From: Perkinsus olseni
Lineage: Eukaryota
Direction: 5' to 3'
DNA length: 49,242 bases
NCBI GenBank assembly: GCA_013115125.1
Contig: JABANN010000038.1
Location: forward strand, 62,001 to 111,242
The notes under the pieces were generated by a model, which worked only from the letters and a program-made list of their open reading frames with translations, searched no databases and was not told the origin of the DNA. The position numbers were made by a program, and so were the translations under genes. Shown here piece after piece: positions 27,678 through 42,600 of the stretch; within the stretch, counting starts at the first letter, position 1, and every line of letters starts with the position of its first letter.

Positions 27678-30600
27678 CTACCTCGTAGCAGTGGCTTCGA
27701 TCCATTGCTTGATAACATCACTAAGGACATTAGGCAGCTGTGAGACGTCTTGTATGACCGCATAGAAGGGGAATGGGAAATCCTTGTTGGAGAGGAAAGG
27801 AGCCATCCTACTGCGGCCGGTAGGATCTCGAACAACTTCCTTCAAATTGTAGATAGATCGGCCAGACTCCGCTGCTTCATCGACTATGATGAGAACCGGT
27901 AAACGGTTCTTGCTGAGCATGTTCTGCACCGACTGTCGTACAGCCTCCTTGTTGAAGCGGCCATCTGTCACGATAACAGCTAGACAGGCTTGTTTGAAGT
28001 CACGACCTGCGACTTGACTGAACTGCTCATCACAGTCGTCCAGAACGGCGGGTAAAGAACGAGACATTGAACCAGCGCTCTCCTCGTCAAAGTTGAAATG
28101 TTGTAACAGCTCGGGCAGATTCAGCGGCGCAGGCGAGGCAAGTGTCCTCAACGGCCGGACTGAGCTGCCGAACGAGCTGACTCCGACCGTACCGATTTCG
28201 AGACGGGACATAGCTTGAGTGATGGCATGAACAGCACACAAGGATAGCTCGCCAGACTGGTTAGACCGCATCGACTTCGTATTATCCAAGCAAACAATGA
28301 CGTTATGCTCTCTCTTGCTTGGCTTGTTTCTTCGAAGCCATATTCTGTCTTTCCTGTAGTCACTGGCCACCCATGCGAGAACTTTACGCATGTTGAGTCT
28401 TTTGCCCGTCTTATAGTCGCCTTGCATACCACCACGCTTGGTGGGCTCGAGGACCATACGCAACCGTTCTGTGAGCTCACTGCACACGCTCGAGGATAAA
28501 CGGTCGATATGCTGCAGTCGGTCGTTGCTAACATCGCCCTCTCCGCCAGCGTTGTAGATGGTATCCTCGCCCTCACCACTCATTTTGACATCGCCGTCTT
28601 CATCAATGGATGCCGTTAGAGCCTGCGGGTTTCGGGAGACTTCGGAACGCAAGGGTGCCTCGGATTTCTTCTCAGCCGCACCCTGCTCTTCGCTCGAGGC
28701 CTCCGCTTCTTCCTCGTCCTTCTTCTCCTCAGCCTTCTGCTTATCCTTGAAGGTCTTGTCCTCGGCAGACTTTGGCGGGGCAGGACCTACAGCTGTGGGG
28801 TCGAAGTTTTTCTCACATGAGCGTCTGCGCCTACCAAGTCCCTCTTTTTCTTCTTCCCTTTGATCCTCTTCGTCAACATCCATTGCATCAGCTTCAGAGG
28901 CTGCCTCATCTTCGTCTTGCTCGAGCTCTCCAGCATGCTCAGCGCTCTCGCCTGTGGCCTGCGCTACCCCTTCTAGCTTCGAAGATTCGTCCTGGGCCTG
29001 AATTGAGCACGTGGTTTCACATTCGAGATCCGACCCAGCTCCCTACGGCATCTCTGTTCAGGCCCTGTTCATCCTTGTTCTCATCATTTTCTCCGCCAGC
29101 CTGCTCCTCACTATCCTCGGCAGACTCATCCTCGTCCATCAATTGAATGCGCTTGAGCCACTTCTCCACCTCTTCAACGGAATCCTCAAGAGGGTTGGGC
29201 GGGGCTGATGGTGCCTGGCAAAGCAGCGAGACATAAGCCAGGCTCGGCTATCCACCTCCTCGATGTCGGATCGTCCAGAACACTGTAACAGTCTCACTGC
29301 CCCAACAACCATAGTACTGGCAACATCAAGTGGCATCCCATAGCAATTGGGCGGGAATAACAGTGAGAATAGCAACCCCAATATCACCCTGCTCTTCTCT
29401 TGCTTGCTGGACTGCCCCTGAGGCCCACTCTCCCGGATCGCCGCACCTTCCTGATCTCTACCGGCATCCTAACAATCAAGCGATAGTCCTCGTACCATAA
29501 CGATATATTCTCTCACCTCAGCACCCTGGGGCTGGTCTCTCGTAGATTCTTCCTCATTATGAGCATCATTATCTCTACCTCCCGTGAGCTCCTCGCCCTG
29601 GGTACCTGCATCCCGAGCTCGCTCACTACGACTGTCTCATGGTAACTACCTTCATCGTCTTCAGGATTTCCCGCGTTCTTCTGCGGTTGTGGCGCAGCTT
29701 CCGCGGCATTCTCCATGAGAGTGTCCTGATCCTCAGCAGCTTCTGCCGAGTTTAACTTGTCAGTCTCATCTTCTGGAGCCGTCTCAGCCTACGACGAATG
29801 CGTTGTGGCAGTACCGGGGGTGTTCTCCCTACTACCTCCTCCTCTCCTTCGTTCTCCTTATCCTCGTCATGCACTGACTTGGCGTCCTCGTCGTCCAAGT
29901 CAGCATCCTCCTCATCATCAGTAACAGCATCGTCGGAGTCGCCCCCAACATCGCCATCGAGAGCCTGTCGGTGAAACAATCCCCGACCAGCGGCTTCGCT
30001 CGGCCCTCTACCATATCATCATCAAGGTCCATTTCGTCCTCATCTGCCTCACCATCCTGTCGAGCGTTCTCTCCATTCTCATCACCCTCCTCGCCAGAAT
30101 CTGGAGGTTCACGGAGTCTCACGCGTTGAATCGATCATATATTTACCTTGATCTTCCTTAGCCTTGGCTAACGACGCTTCGAAGGCTTCATCGTCCTCAT
30201 CGCCGCTTTCCTCGTTGATACTCCCTAACATCAATCGAACCCGCTTATTCAGACAAGCCTAGCGACGTAAACTAGCTTGTTGCAGTCTTAGAGCTGCCAA
30301 CCACGAATGACATATCAAACGAAGACAAATTTCCCTCGGAGGACACAACGGTATTACCTTCGCCTTCATCTTCCTTTCCGTTCTCATCGCTTTGTTTTTC
30401 ATTATCCTCGCTTTCTTCAGACTCCTTCTCATTCTCACCGTCTGAGCAGACCATACCACCTCAACCCCCCAGCAGAGCGAAACGATCTTTTTACCATTTT
30501 TCTCATCTGCTTCTCCCTCTTGATCTTCAGCAGCAACAACATCGGTCTCAGACTGCTTCTCTCCTCCTTTAGTCTCTATATTCTCCTCCTGTTGGTTTCC

Positions 30601-33600
30601 ATCACCATCTTCGTTCTCTGAGTCAGATCCCTACACAGGAGACAGGTCGTCACGCAAGTCATGGCGAATACGGGATACATGAAGCACTCGAACAAGCGAT
30701 TTTCGAACGGGATTTCCACCGCGTTGAATCAGTATTACCTCCTCGTCCTTATCCTTCTCCTCCGGACCCTTCTGCTTTTCCTCTATCTCGCCCCCCTCCT
30801 TCAGGTCGACATCGCCCATCTCTCTATCCATGTTATCTTCCTTATCTTCATTCTCATCCTCCTCGTTGGGTTCTCCTGACACTCACGTCATCAAAATATT
30901 CCCGTCTGGCCCGATCATCGTTATATTCTGTAACCCCCTCAGCAGTCCGGTAAACACACTCTTCTCTGTTTCAGTCGACACGCTAGTATTTTGGGCACCC
31001 GTCATCGAAATCATTCGGACCGTCATCGACGTAAACACGCTCGTAGGGGCAACCCACCCGAAATATTACTTTGAACGTTCTCCTCAGGGCCTTCAACATC
31101 CATGATATCTCCGACCTCAACTCCCTCATTCTTATCCTGCTCCGTATCCTGCAATATTCACATCAATCACCGGCCGACCACCCGGCCTACCTGAGGTTCC
31201 TGCTGTGACTGCTCCTCCTTCTTCTCTTCCTGTACCGTGTCGAACATATTCTTGTCTTCAATCTCATCACTGACATCCCTAGCCCCAGAGCCTTCTCCCA
31301 AGCCCGTGCCCTGTTGCCAGTCGGTCGTGCCTGATGAGAAACCAATCACGTGCTGAGTCCTCCACGATAGGTGCCTCCAGTTGCTCTCATAGTATCACTG
31401 GGCGAAGGGGCAAGAAGTACCGCAAAATCGGTTGGAAATTCATGAACGACCTCGGGCCTCATAGAAGTTCTTGGCACGCTAGCTGGGTATTATCAGGACG
31501 AGTGGTACGCCAAATCGCCGGAACCACTACCTTCTCGTCCCTCGCCTCCCTCGGCATCTTCTCCTTCAGCTAAGCTGAGACCTTCCTGATGCAGATGGGT
31601 GACGAATTTGAGCATGGAGTGCAGCGCCATCAACGAGGCATCCAACTTTTCCTCGACAGAAGTCACGGAAGTGGCGAGGAGACTGGTCGGGGCACTCGCC
31701 GGGCTGAGGAGAAAGAATATTTAGCACGGATGGCCTTTGTTGAAAACTTCTACATCTTGCCCTCCTTGAGATTCCTCAACGCTTCAGCAGCATCATCACC
31801 ATCACATGGCAACTCCCCACTGACGATCTTGGCCAGACACTCAGCCAAATCTACCGCTCCAGGGGCGGCCTCTACCGGCGCGAGCTCAACGGAGAGACCA
31901 GCAGCCGCCGAGGAGAGCTCAGATGCCACTTCTTCAAGTCTCGGCACCAGAGACAGACATGACGATGAGCTGAGGTACTCCGCCATCGCTCTGAACACAG
32001 CCGAACATACTAACTGTCGAATCGATAGAAACGACACTGTGAAGCTCTGCCGAGTCCATCAGAGGGGATTGTGATAAGAATCCCTAGCAGGAGCTTACCC
32101 CGAGGCTTCCTTCAGTGTTCCGATCCACTCCTTCCTGACCAGCAAGGGCTGCGTGTCCCCTTCGGATGGTCTGTGCAGCAGAGACTCGATTTCGGCGACC
32201 TCCGGCGCGTGAGCGTCGAGACAGGCTCTCACAACAGCGGGAATCGGCGGAAGGGTGTCTGAGGCTATCGCGGACGCCTGTGCCTGGAACCACGGACAAC
32301 GGGCATGTCACCACTAACCGAAGAAACGTCGAGAGGGTCCCACCGCTGATTCGTGGACCGCCGAGTCCAAAAGCTGGACCAATGATACGATGCCCTCCTG
32401 GCCGTTGGTCACAATAGAGTCCACCTTCGAGAGTACGACGCTCGCCTCCTCCATACGTTGAAGATAATGGCGACGAGCCACTGTATCAAGCAGGCGATGG
32501 AACACTTGAGCGACGTCTGAAGAGATCAGTATACCATTCTCAGTGGGAGGTAGGGGCACCGAGGTGAGCGTGTAACACTCGCCCTGTCCACACACAATTG
32601 TCCACTTACGTTGCATCCACCACTTCAACTGGTCCATAGTGAGATCCAGATTCGGCGGAGTCTTGTGGAGCGACGATAACTTCAACCATTCGTGAAGACA
32701 TATCTACACAATTCGTAAGAGTCTTCCGATCCATCATTCGAAAATGGATACACGTTGAGTCGTACATTGAAGGTTCGGCTTCGTTTAGAGTCATCTCCCC
32801 CTTCGCTCATCAGAGGCTTCATTGCCATCACTTCTCTGGAGAGATCGATGTTGGCCGGGCTGCCCGGCGCGAGGGGCATCTGATACATCACGACATCTCC
32901 GACTGCAGATGGTCGCTATAGACAGCCCCGGGCGGCTGAGCGATACCTCCTCGTCTATGAAGTCCTTGAGTTGCATCATCTGCCTCTTCTTAGCCTGCAC
33001 CGGATTGGGCGGTTGAGCCGTCAAGAAGGCCTTAGTGTCCGCTAGGGCCTCGCACAATTCCGTGCATTCCATCTCGGAGCCCAGCTTCAAGGGCGGTGTC
33101 AGTGTGATTGTGGCCAGCACAGGATCAGTAGGGGCTAATACCGCTGAGTCAAACCTGACGACAGGCATCAACTTCCTTCGCCCTGGGCGGCCGGTAACTT
33201 ACACTCTGGCTGCCTTCGCTAGCTGCTTGTGGGAACGTTTCGTCATATCACGGAAGGCTGCATGATTGGCAGATGGTCCGAGGTCCCAGCGCGCGCACTG
33301 GATGAGCTCTCGCACTTCCTTCTCCAATGCCTGCAATGAGAAGCGCAATGAGACACCTCCATCAATAGGGAAGCAGGAATACAGTAAGGCAACTAGAAAT
33401 CGAGAACGACGCGAAATAGAGTTAGTATGTGGCGCACCTCACGGTAACACCATGTACGCGTAGAATAGCGGTCCGATCAAGTAGCTCCACTCTCGCTATA
33501 GTATGCAGCTCCTGCCCACTGCCCACCTTTCTGTGTATCTCCATCTGCTTGTCTACGTACGGCAGCCACACCATAGCCATGCCGTGCAGGTGTTGAAGAA

Positions 33601-36600
33601 CAGGTACATGCAGCATATCGCCGACAGTCTTGATGATTGCAACACGTTCGGAGAACTGCACCAACGGGGAGGTGCGAAGGAACCTGGGCAGACACTACCG
33701 TTACTTTAGGCACCGAGATACGACAAATCACCTCATGCCGGTGTCAAAGAGCTCGGCCTTAAGCTTATCGTCAGAGCCTTCAATTTTAGTGCTCTTCGCT
33801 GCCGACCAGAGACGAGCAAACCATCGGCCGCGAGCCTTGGAGCGCCAGTAGGCCTCTCGAGAGGCTCGAAGGTCTCGCCAGGAAGCAATCTACGATAACA
33901 AGAAAAACACATAAAGCAAATAGAAATTCCTCCCACAGGAACGCCATCAGCGATGAAGAAGAAAACTGACACAATTTCCGGAGAAACCAGCATCGCGCCG
34001 AATGAGGATCTCCGATAAGCATGCTGCCATGGTACGAAGGCCAGGTGACCTCCGAGCCCGAAAGTCGTTTCAGTCACGCCCGAGCATACCTGCATGGCTC
34101 TGAAGGTTGCCACCGAGCGCCTAACACTGGTCACAGCGCCAGCACCAGCCTTGAGCAAGTGCGACGGAACAGCCCGGACCAGGGCGTCATAGCGATCCAA
34201 ACACTCTTCCAGCATCAGCAGGGCGGACATGGGACTGGTCGATCCAAGAGTGCAAGACTCTAGGAACTTCTTCACTGCCCGCAAACAGGCATCAACGGCG
34301 GGATGACCTTCCGGAATAGCCCGGTTGATCGCTTCCAGGTGGTTGAGGAGCAGGGTGAGCGGGTGGACGAAGTGGCAGTTGAGGAGATCGAGAGCTCTAC
34401 CGTCAGCGGACTCCAAATAGAAAGACAACTTCTCAGTCGCTCGAGCACCTTTGCGGTTAATAACGTCCCGAAGGCGCACCTGAAGAGAACTACAGTGAAC
34501 GGGGAGGAAGCGACGGCGGTGATTTCGCAAACCGGACTTAACGAGGGAAGAGTTCAACTCTGAGCCAATGCAGACGGACGACAGTGCGAGCCGTGATGGC
34601 AGGTAGAGCCTCACCTTGAGTTCACTCTCCCTCTTCAGCCGTCTTCTCTCCAGCTGCTCAAGCTCATCGAGGGTCATCTCGCTTTCATCCTTTTCTATGC
34701 CCTCGTCAGCCTCTTCGACCTCCTTCTCTTCTTTCTCAACAGACGGCATCAACTCCTCTCCCAGAACCTTTCTGTCGAGATCTCTCGTGAGACGCCTCAG
34801 CCTGCCCAAAACCAACGGTAAGCCATCTCCATTGATCCATGGTCCAATGATGGCATCCGCCGGGGCAGAGTCCCTGCCCGTCACCAGCTCATCATCCTTT
34901 ATGCTCTTGAGCAAATCTCCCCAGGCTTCGCCAAGAAGCTCGTCCATGAGGCCCTGCGCATCAGCTGCATCATCCTCATCCGTCACAGCATGGACCAGCA
35001 GCCCGGACAGGTTGTCAAGCGTGCGGAGCGCCTCCGCACTAGAGCCTAGCTTAGCCCGGGAGAGCCCCATCTCATCATCATCGTCGTCGAGCACCTCGCT
35101 CGAGTCCTCATCTGCCCCGCCGATATCAGCAATGACATCATCACTCTCCAGCTGGCGTATGACTCTGCTATGAGATGCATCCTCGAACAGCTTCACGTTG
35201 TACTCCTGCTGCAACTTCTCGAGGTCATTATCATCCTCATTCGTGAGCTCTCTCATCCGCTCAATGAAGGTGACCTCGTTCTGTCTGATCATACCCTCGT
35301 TCTTAGCGCTCGCTTCTTCTTCCTCCAGCCGCTCAAACTCCGATACCAGCGCATCCACATGCTCCAAGGCGGCATCCCGGCCATCGTCAACTCGGTCCGC
35401 TTGAGAGCGGGCAACGCCGAACGAGCGCAGGGCGAGTGAAGCCACAGTGGGATCGTAGTCCCGGCCATCATCCGAGCCTTGTGCGGTGAGGGAACTAGTT
35501 CGCAGGGGAAGATGGACCCTGAAAAGCACGTCCATAAGGATATACACAGGATAGAACTTCATGCTTGAACAAGGCTCCCGGCCCGAGCTCCAAATAGAGA
35601 GGGCCGCTTCTGGAAGTTAACTCAGGTAAGTCTGTGGTGTGGAGTGGATATGTTATGAACACTATACGGAGCTCACAGGAACAGATACTATCAAGATAGA
35701 CGACTCACCTTTTAAGTGTGTCTTTGACGTGTGGAGCCCTCTTGCCCTTCTCCTGCTTGATGGCGATAGCGGCGACTCCCGACGCCACTGCGAGACAATC
35801 TAGTGCTAAGGGGCGGGTGATGTCGGCGTGCGCCGGGAAGGAGGTCCTGTGAGATGAAATCACAGGGTGCCATCGAAGCGGGTGCATCCTCACGTCAACG
35901 TCTCAGCTACGCTAGCAGCGCTCTGTGCCAAAACCATGGCCTCGTCAAGCTGCAATCCCTCTTTCCGCCACCGACCGCTGCCGTCAGACATTAATGGCGC
36001 CACCACTGACTGGACGAACCCGTGAACGATGGTCCTCAACTCCTGACAGGCAATCAGGTGATTGCAACATGACAAGTGAGTTCCAATCTCACTCTGTAGT
36101 TGGCTTCCTCTCTATTGATATCAGCAAGCCCGCTGCTTTCCCAGACAGCCTCATCCACAGCCTCAGGGCGACCGGCCGGGATCTCCCGCACGCACAGAGT
36201 GTTCTCCACTTCCGATACGCTTCTCGTCAAGCTGCCAAGTGCGCGGCGTAGCGAAGCGATGCCTGGGAGAATAGGAGACCGTTTTCGAGAAGTGCGACGC
36301 CTAAATTTCCGGCCAACGACGCCACCAAAAGCGACTCGTTATTGCAACTGCCAAAATTTTGATAGATACGTAACTTACCACCAGCTCCCACAGCAGCCAA
36401 ATCAAGGCAACGTTGCCTTATGTCGAGCTCATTCTCGAGATCTGTGGTGAATCGATGAGCGTGGATGCACCAGGCCGAGCGAGACTCGGTAGGGTCCGTC
36501 TCCAGGTGAAGAATCTGACGAGGAAAGCGTTAAATACATACTCTCACAAAGGACGGCTTACTCCTGCTCCCAGAATGAGGTGCCACGACGCGGCCAGCGC

Positions 36601-39600
36601 TAATCTTGCATAGGGATCAGCCTCCTCATCCAAAGCTCGGCTACACACTTCTGCGATCGGCTCCGAAGCGTCTATGAAGGTCGGTAGGCCCACGGCTTTT
36701 CGACCGCATCTCTCAATCACGTTGGCGCAGCTGAGACTAGCAGCTTTCTCCGCCTTCGCCGCATAAGGGGTCACTTCTCTCATGTACGAAGCCAGCTTCG
36801 CCGCTTCCGGCACCTCACTTATCGGCCACCGGAGTACCGCCTCGGCGACGGAAGTTCCAAGGACCGTAGCCCAGCCACCATGTGCCCGGAGGAGAGCTTC
36901 GGGACCTCTCCTCCTGAGCTTAGAGTAAAGGCTCTCCACAGACGCTAGGTCCGACGATATCGATCCGGTGCTCCAAGCCGCTTCGGTCCGCAAGGCCAGA
37001 CCGTCGACCACCGGCCAAGGGCAGGCCAAAGCCAGTTGGTCGTAACGCTGAGCGCTGAGTTCGCCAGAGCATTTCAGAAGCTCAGCAGGCCACTTCGGCG
37101 TCGAATCGGAATCGTCAGCGGCGGTCTTCTCATGCCGCTCACGGGTTGTGGTGATAATTCTAGTTACAGTTTCAGTCAAAGCGGTCTCCAACTTGATCAA
37201 CTTCTCCTTAGCGTCCTCGTCGCCGGCTCTCGCTCGTCTAGCCAGGACTCCTAGGCTCCGTATCTGCGCCAGAAGGTCTCCAAGGGTCTGAGCATGCTGG
37301 TCGCGCGAGAACGATTGATAGAGGGTGCTGATGTTTCTGATAGCGGCTTCCAGGATAAGCTCGAGCTCAGATTCGCTAGCGCTTGCGTACATGGGCAAGT
37401 GAGCCGGGCAGGCCACAGCGGCAGCAGGCGGCCGAGTGGTTCGCGCTGACTGGACCTTCCTGGCCTCCATGAACTCCCGCAGGAATATGAGAATGCTGGT
37501 CTCCGCCTGGGCGCTCAGCTGGTCGTAGGAGTCCAACACCACCAATAGTCGACAGAAGTGCGGCATAACTCGCGGGTCTCTCGGGAGCTCTCCGATGCTT
37601 TCTCGCACAGCCTTGATCAACTCCAACCGCCTTCCGCTCAGCAGTGCCAGTCCATCGGCTTCTTCAGGATGACCGAGTTGATAGAGCAGTGTGCCCTCCT
37701 TAGGAGGCAAACACAAATAAGTCTTGGCTACCCATCGCCTATCAGTAGCCGACAGCTTGGACATGTCTCTGACAATCTCGGGGACCACATTCAGACTCGG
37801 AGGCAAGCTCCTCACCCTCGCCTCTACGTCCCAGGGCGTGCCGACCGTCCCCTCGAGCATCCATTGATACGCATAGGACTGACCCACCGGGTCATTCGGA
37901 ATTGTCCCTGCCACCACGCCAGCGGCGCTGACAGCCTTGGTCACAACAGAGTCACAGCAAAACAATGGCTGTAGCGAACGCAGGTCAGATTCCCTTTCCC
38001 GCAGGTGCTTCCCAACGGCAGCAGCCCTACTTGCTTCACGAGCAACCCCTTGAAACTTGCTATCTTGCATTTCTTCAACATTGACTCGCTCGACCAGGCC
38101 CCCAGATGCAGCCATACAGATCTTCTCCAAGTCGCCGCCCTGGGCAGTGCTGTCGACGAAGATTTCCACGCATCTGTTTCGCAAGGGGTTTGATACCATG
38201 TGAACGTGGCGAGCGTCAGCCGTGAAGAAAAGGCGACAGGCAGGATTGGGAGTGACCGTCAAATCCTCAGGATTCGCCCGGCCTCGCTCGGGTACTTGCA
38301 GCTTCCCGCCGACCTCCAGCAGGGCGTTGAGACGATCGACAACTGCTGAAGGGCACTGCTCCACAGAGTTGAACAGAACCCAGTCGCCTGACTTGAGCGC
38401 ACAAACCAGAGGCGAATCTACCCACTGGAACCCTCCACCGGGCTTCTGTACGAACTGCCCGACAAGATCGTTCGCGTCCATCTGCGCGTGCATGCGGATA
38501 CTCACGAGCTTTACCCCAGCCACAGCGGCGAGAATCTCGACCATCCGTCTTCTTCCGCTGCCGCCATCACCGATCAGAAGAGAAGGCCAACCGCTCAGGA
38601 CAGCAGCACAGCCAGCACTCAGTCCAAACGACTGATTCTGTAGAATGTCAGCATCGCCCGACCGGAAATTAGCTCCCTTAGAGTTAGCAAAAGCCTCAGC
38701 CACCCTCATGAGCATCAGACCCCCATCGATATCTTCAACGTCGCAATCCCTGGCCCACTCTTGGTTCGACGAGGCCTCCCAGACGACGGGACGCAAAGCC
38801 TCACGGTCTTCTAGGGTTTGCAGCCTTGATGCTAGTAGAAGGTAGCACTGCGATGCTGGAGAGAGATGGTCGATTGCTCGTCGTTGCACTGAGGACGATA
38901 CCCGAAGTACCTAACCAAGGGGCATGCCATCGCAGGTGAGGACAGACTTGCGGCTCACATCTCTGAGATTCCACTCCCATCCGCTCCCGCCTCTAAAGCG
39001 CATATCGCCGGTGACCCGGACAGACTCCACCACTCCTCCGCAAACGAAGTTCCACATGTCCTCACCGAATAGCCTTTTGCAGATCGACTCCGAGTCCTTC
39101 GACGATAGCTCGGACACTGCGATTTTCACAAAGCGGTTCAGGAAGGACTTCGGCAGACCTTTGCGTCCGCCGCCGTCGACCATGCGGTTCTGTGTGGCGA
39201 AGAGTTGGAAGCTGCCAGCCTTAGCTCGCACCCTCTCGCCAGTCTCAGGGACAACGAGCTCTCGACGGTGGTCCAGCAAGGAGTTGAGGCCCTCCAATAC
39301 AGGCTGGGGAGCCAAGTTAAGCTCGTCCAGCAGAACCCAGCAATTGTCTCTCCTCAGTGCCGACAGCAGTACGCCATCGGACCACGTGAACGACACCTGA
39401 GAGCAAAGATTACACATGAACGGACAGGAGTCGATGTCCACCTCATGGCTCCCTTGGCCGGCCGCGGGGAGGAACTGACCAACTAGATCAGCGATCTCAG
39501 TCTGTTCAGAGATATTGATTCTGACGAGCTCTCGGCCACAGCGGGCTGCCAGTGCGGCGATAATCGAGGACTTGCCGGTGCCCGGAGGTCCCTCAAGCAG

Positions 39601-42600
39601 CACCGCCATCCCCTTGCCAACCGTCAAGCCTCGTAGAATACGGCCCAAATTGAGGGCGGTTGTCGGGGCGGCGAAGTCGAAGGCAATCGGCGCTATACTC
39701 ACGCCTGCTGCGGGTGTCGGTACAGAGAAAGGACCAAGGCCGTCTGATCACAAGAACAATACTGAGAACAAAAGCCAGGGGGAGCTTACCGGTATCGCCA
39801 CGTTGTACGGCATCTCTGACCCACTGGTAGCCGTCCGGACCGAACTTCGTCAACTCGGTGCCTTGCGGAGCTTGAGTCTCCAGCACCTTCATTGCCTCCA
39901 TCTGCAGCTCAGGAGCGTCCACCAAGGCATCAACGATAGTCATAGTGCCACCGTGCAAGTAGCGCTCGCCCAGGCTCATGCCAGTGAGCTCGTTGCAGGC
40001 ACTCACCCACAGTCCCACATTACGAATGGACATCGGTAGCACCTGTGCAGGGATATTCTCGACCACCCAGGCAACAGCTCGGCGAATGGACGGCATCAAC
40101 GTCTTCGCCTCGTCACTGAGAAGTTTCCGTATGAGCCTGCTGGCCTCGGAGTCCTCATCCTCGTCAGCATAGTCGAGGGCCTTGACCCAAATCTCAGTCA
40201 TACGTGATCGCAGAGCCGGGCTGAGTTCTCTCTTGCCAAAGTCGCCACCAGGGTTCATAGTCATCATCAGGCTGAACTTCTCCCCACCGATGACCACCTC
40301 TCCCCCGGGCTTTTCAGCGAGCATAACGCTTCTCTCGCCCGCCTCCAGTACAGAGTTGAGTCTTTCCAATACAGCATCCGTAGCTAAAGAAGCTTCATCG
40401 AGCAGTACCCAATGACCCTCGCGTCGCATAGCCCTGGTGACAGGGCCGTCTTGCCAGGCGAAGAGGTCGTGGTCCATGCTCTGATCGTGATTGGCATCAG
40501 CGCGTAGGTCTGCTATTTCCCTCCAAAGGGCTCTCAGCTCGGACCTCACCCGAGCTCTCTTCGGACTGGGCGGATCCTCGCTGACTTCCTCATTCTCGAG
40601 CTCATATTCCCTCACTATTTCCCGCACTACAACAACCGACTGCTCCTCATCGACGTCTCTGCCGACCAGTTCACACATGCGCTTGGCCTTGGCCTTAATC
40701 AGCCCTCTGACATCCTTCTTGCCGGCCGTCGGCCTCATCGCACCGAGGAAGTCCGCGGGCTCCGTGTGCTGATGACAGTTCACGATCTCCAACTTGATTT
40801 GCCGGAAGTCCGCAACCGTCTGCACAACCGTTGTCTTCCCCGTACCAGTCTCGCCAACCAAAAGCGCCGACTCGCCGTTTTTAGCGCAGCGACTGACCAG
40901 AGCAACCATTCGGCACATCGTCTCTGTCCACACCAAGCCCGAACCAGCGTCAGTCTCTTGGATCTCCAGCACGTACGGGTCTTCCCTATAGTTCATCTCC
41001 AGGTAGGACTCAGCCGTAACACCATAACTCTTACAGTGCTTCGCGATAGCTTTGGCCACCTCAGCGCGCTGATCTTCATGACGCAATCTCTCACCCAACA
41101 GACACCAGCCTTCCAGGCCGCACTCTACCATCGTCCCAGGCCTCCTGTGTGCCCACCGCAGTATGTCCCTGATCGTGATCAAATCTGAGCCGCCGCCAGC
41201 AAGAAGGGCATCAACGTTTCGATGGGCTCTAAGGTCTTCGTAGACCTTCACCATCGCTGCTGCGATCGAAGGTGCCAGCTGGCATTTGTGCTGCAGTATC
41301 GCTCGGAGCTCCTCAGAAGACAAAGAGTCTATCCACATTGTCGTGAAACGATTCCTGAGGGCTCTCGATAGCTGCTTTCGCCCACCGTAGTCCCCTCCGG
41401 CGGGATTCTGCGTCGCAAATACGACGAAGTCAGCGTCGGGGACAACAGTCGTATTGGTCTCGGCAATGTGAATCTCGCGATTATCATCGAGCAGCCTGTT
41501 GATACCCTCCAGCACTTCACTAGGAGCAAGATTGAGCTCGTCCAGAACGACCCACGCTCCCGCACCTGAGGCATCACACTGAGACAAATTCTGAAAGGGA
41601 CGGCTGGACTTACGGCACGCCTTCACGAGGGGCCCCTCCTCAAACTTCAGCACCCCGTGGTCGTAAACGTGCTGGCCGATGTATTCCTGTAGATCAGTGT
41701 GTTCGTGATTGTTTATCCTCACGCAGTCGTGACCGGTCATGGCGGCAACGAATTTCACCAGAGACGTCTTGCCCGCGCCGGTAGGACCCTCTAGCAAGAT
41801 GGGGGGTCGGACAACTTTGCCTGAGCAAATCGCAACCCTGATTCAAGTCCCACCCCCGGCATTGTAACCCACCTCCAGAGACGCACCGCAGTATCTTCCT
41901 CAAATTGCGACGTGCCGACTCGGTCACACAGAAGTCCCCCAGGAGACGCTGGACGTCGATATCCTTAGGACCTCTCGCGATCCAGTAACCCTCGATACAC
42001 ACAGCCTCCTTCTCGACGACCACATCCAGTGTCCCGGCAGCCTGGCCGATTCTGCGCGGAGCCTTGGAAGGTCCCGGCAAGAATCGCCTGATCTCCTCCA
42101 TGACTTTTGCCTCAGAGGACTCGGACAGCACTCCCGCGAACGTAACCGCTAGACCTTCCCGAACCTGCAATAACCATCCCTTAACGATCGCCAGAGCCAG
42201 GAAGCCGATTCGGGAGCATCAGACAACGATTCCAAGCGAATCACCGTACGAAAGGACTATACAGCTGTGCCACTCGCCAAAGCTCCATTATAGCCCGAAC
42301 ATAACACGTATGCAATTATAACGACTCGACCCGCCGTGTCCTCCCCGCTACTACCGCTTCCAACCCTCCATCGTGGTGGCGATACCGGGGGCTTTTCACG
42401 AAGGTTCTGGCAAATTTGAGCGCTCTCGACAACGACCTCAGTGAGAATACTGGCTTGCCGCCCTGACCGTCACTCAGCTGGCCATCACGAGCCATCTCTC
42501 GAACCTTCTTATAGACGTTAACCACCGCCTCACTTGGCGGGTTGGGCAGATGCTTTGACAGGCCATCTGTGACCAGCTGGATGAGATCCGCATCTTCCAC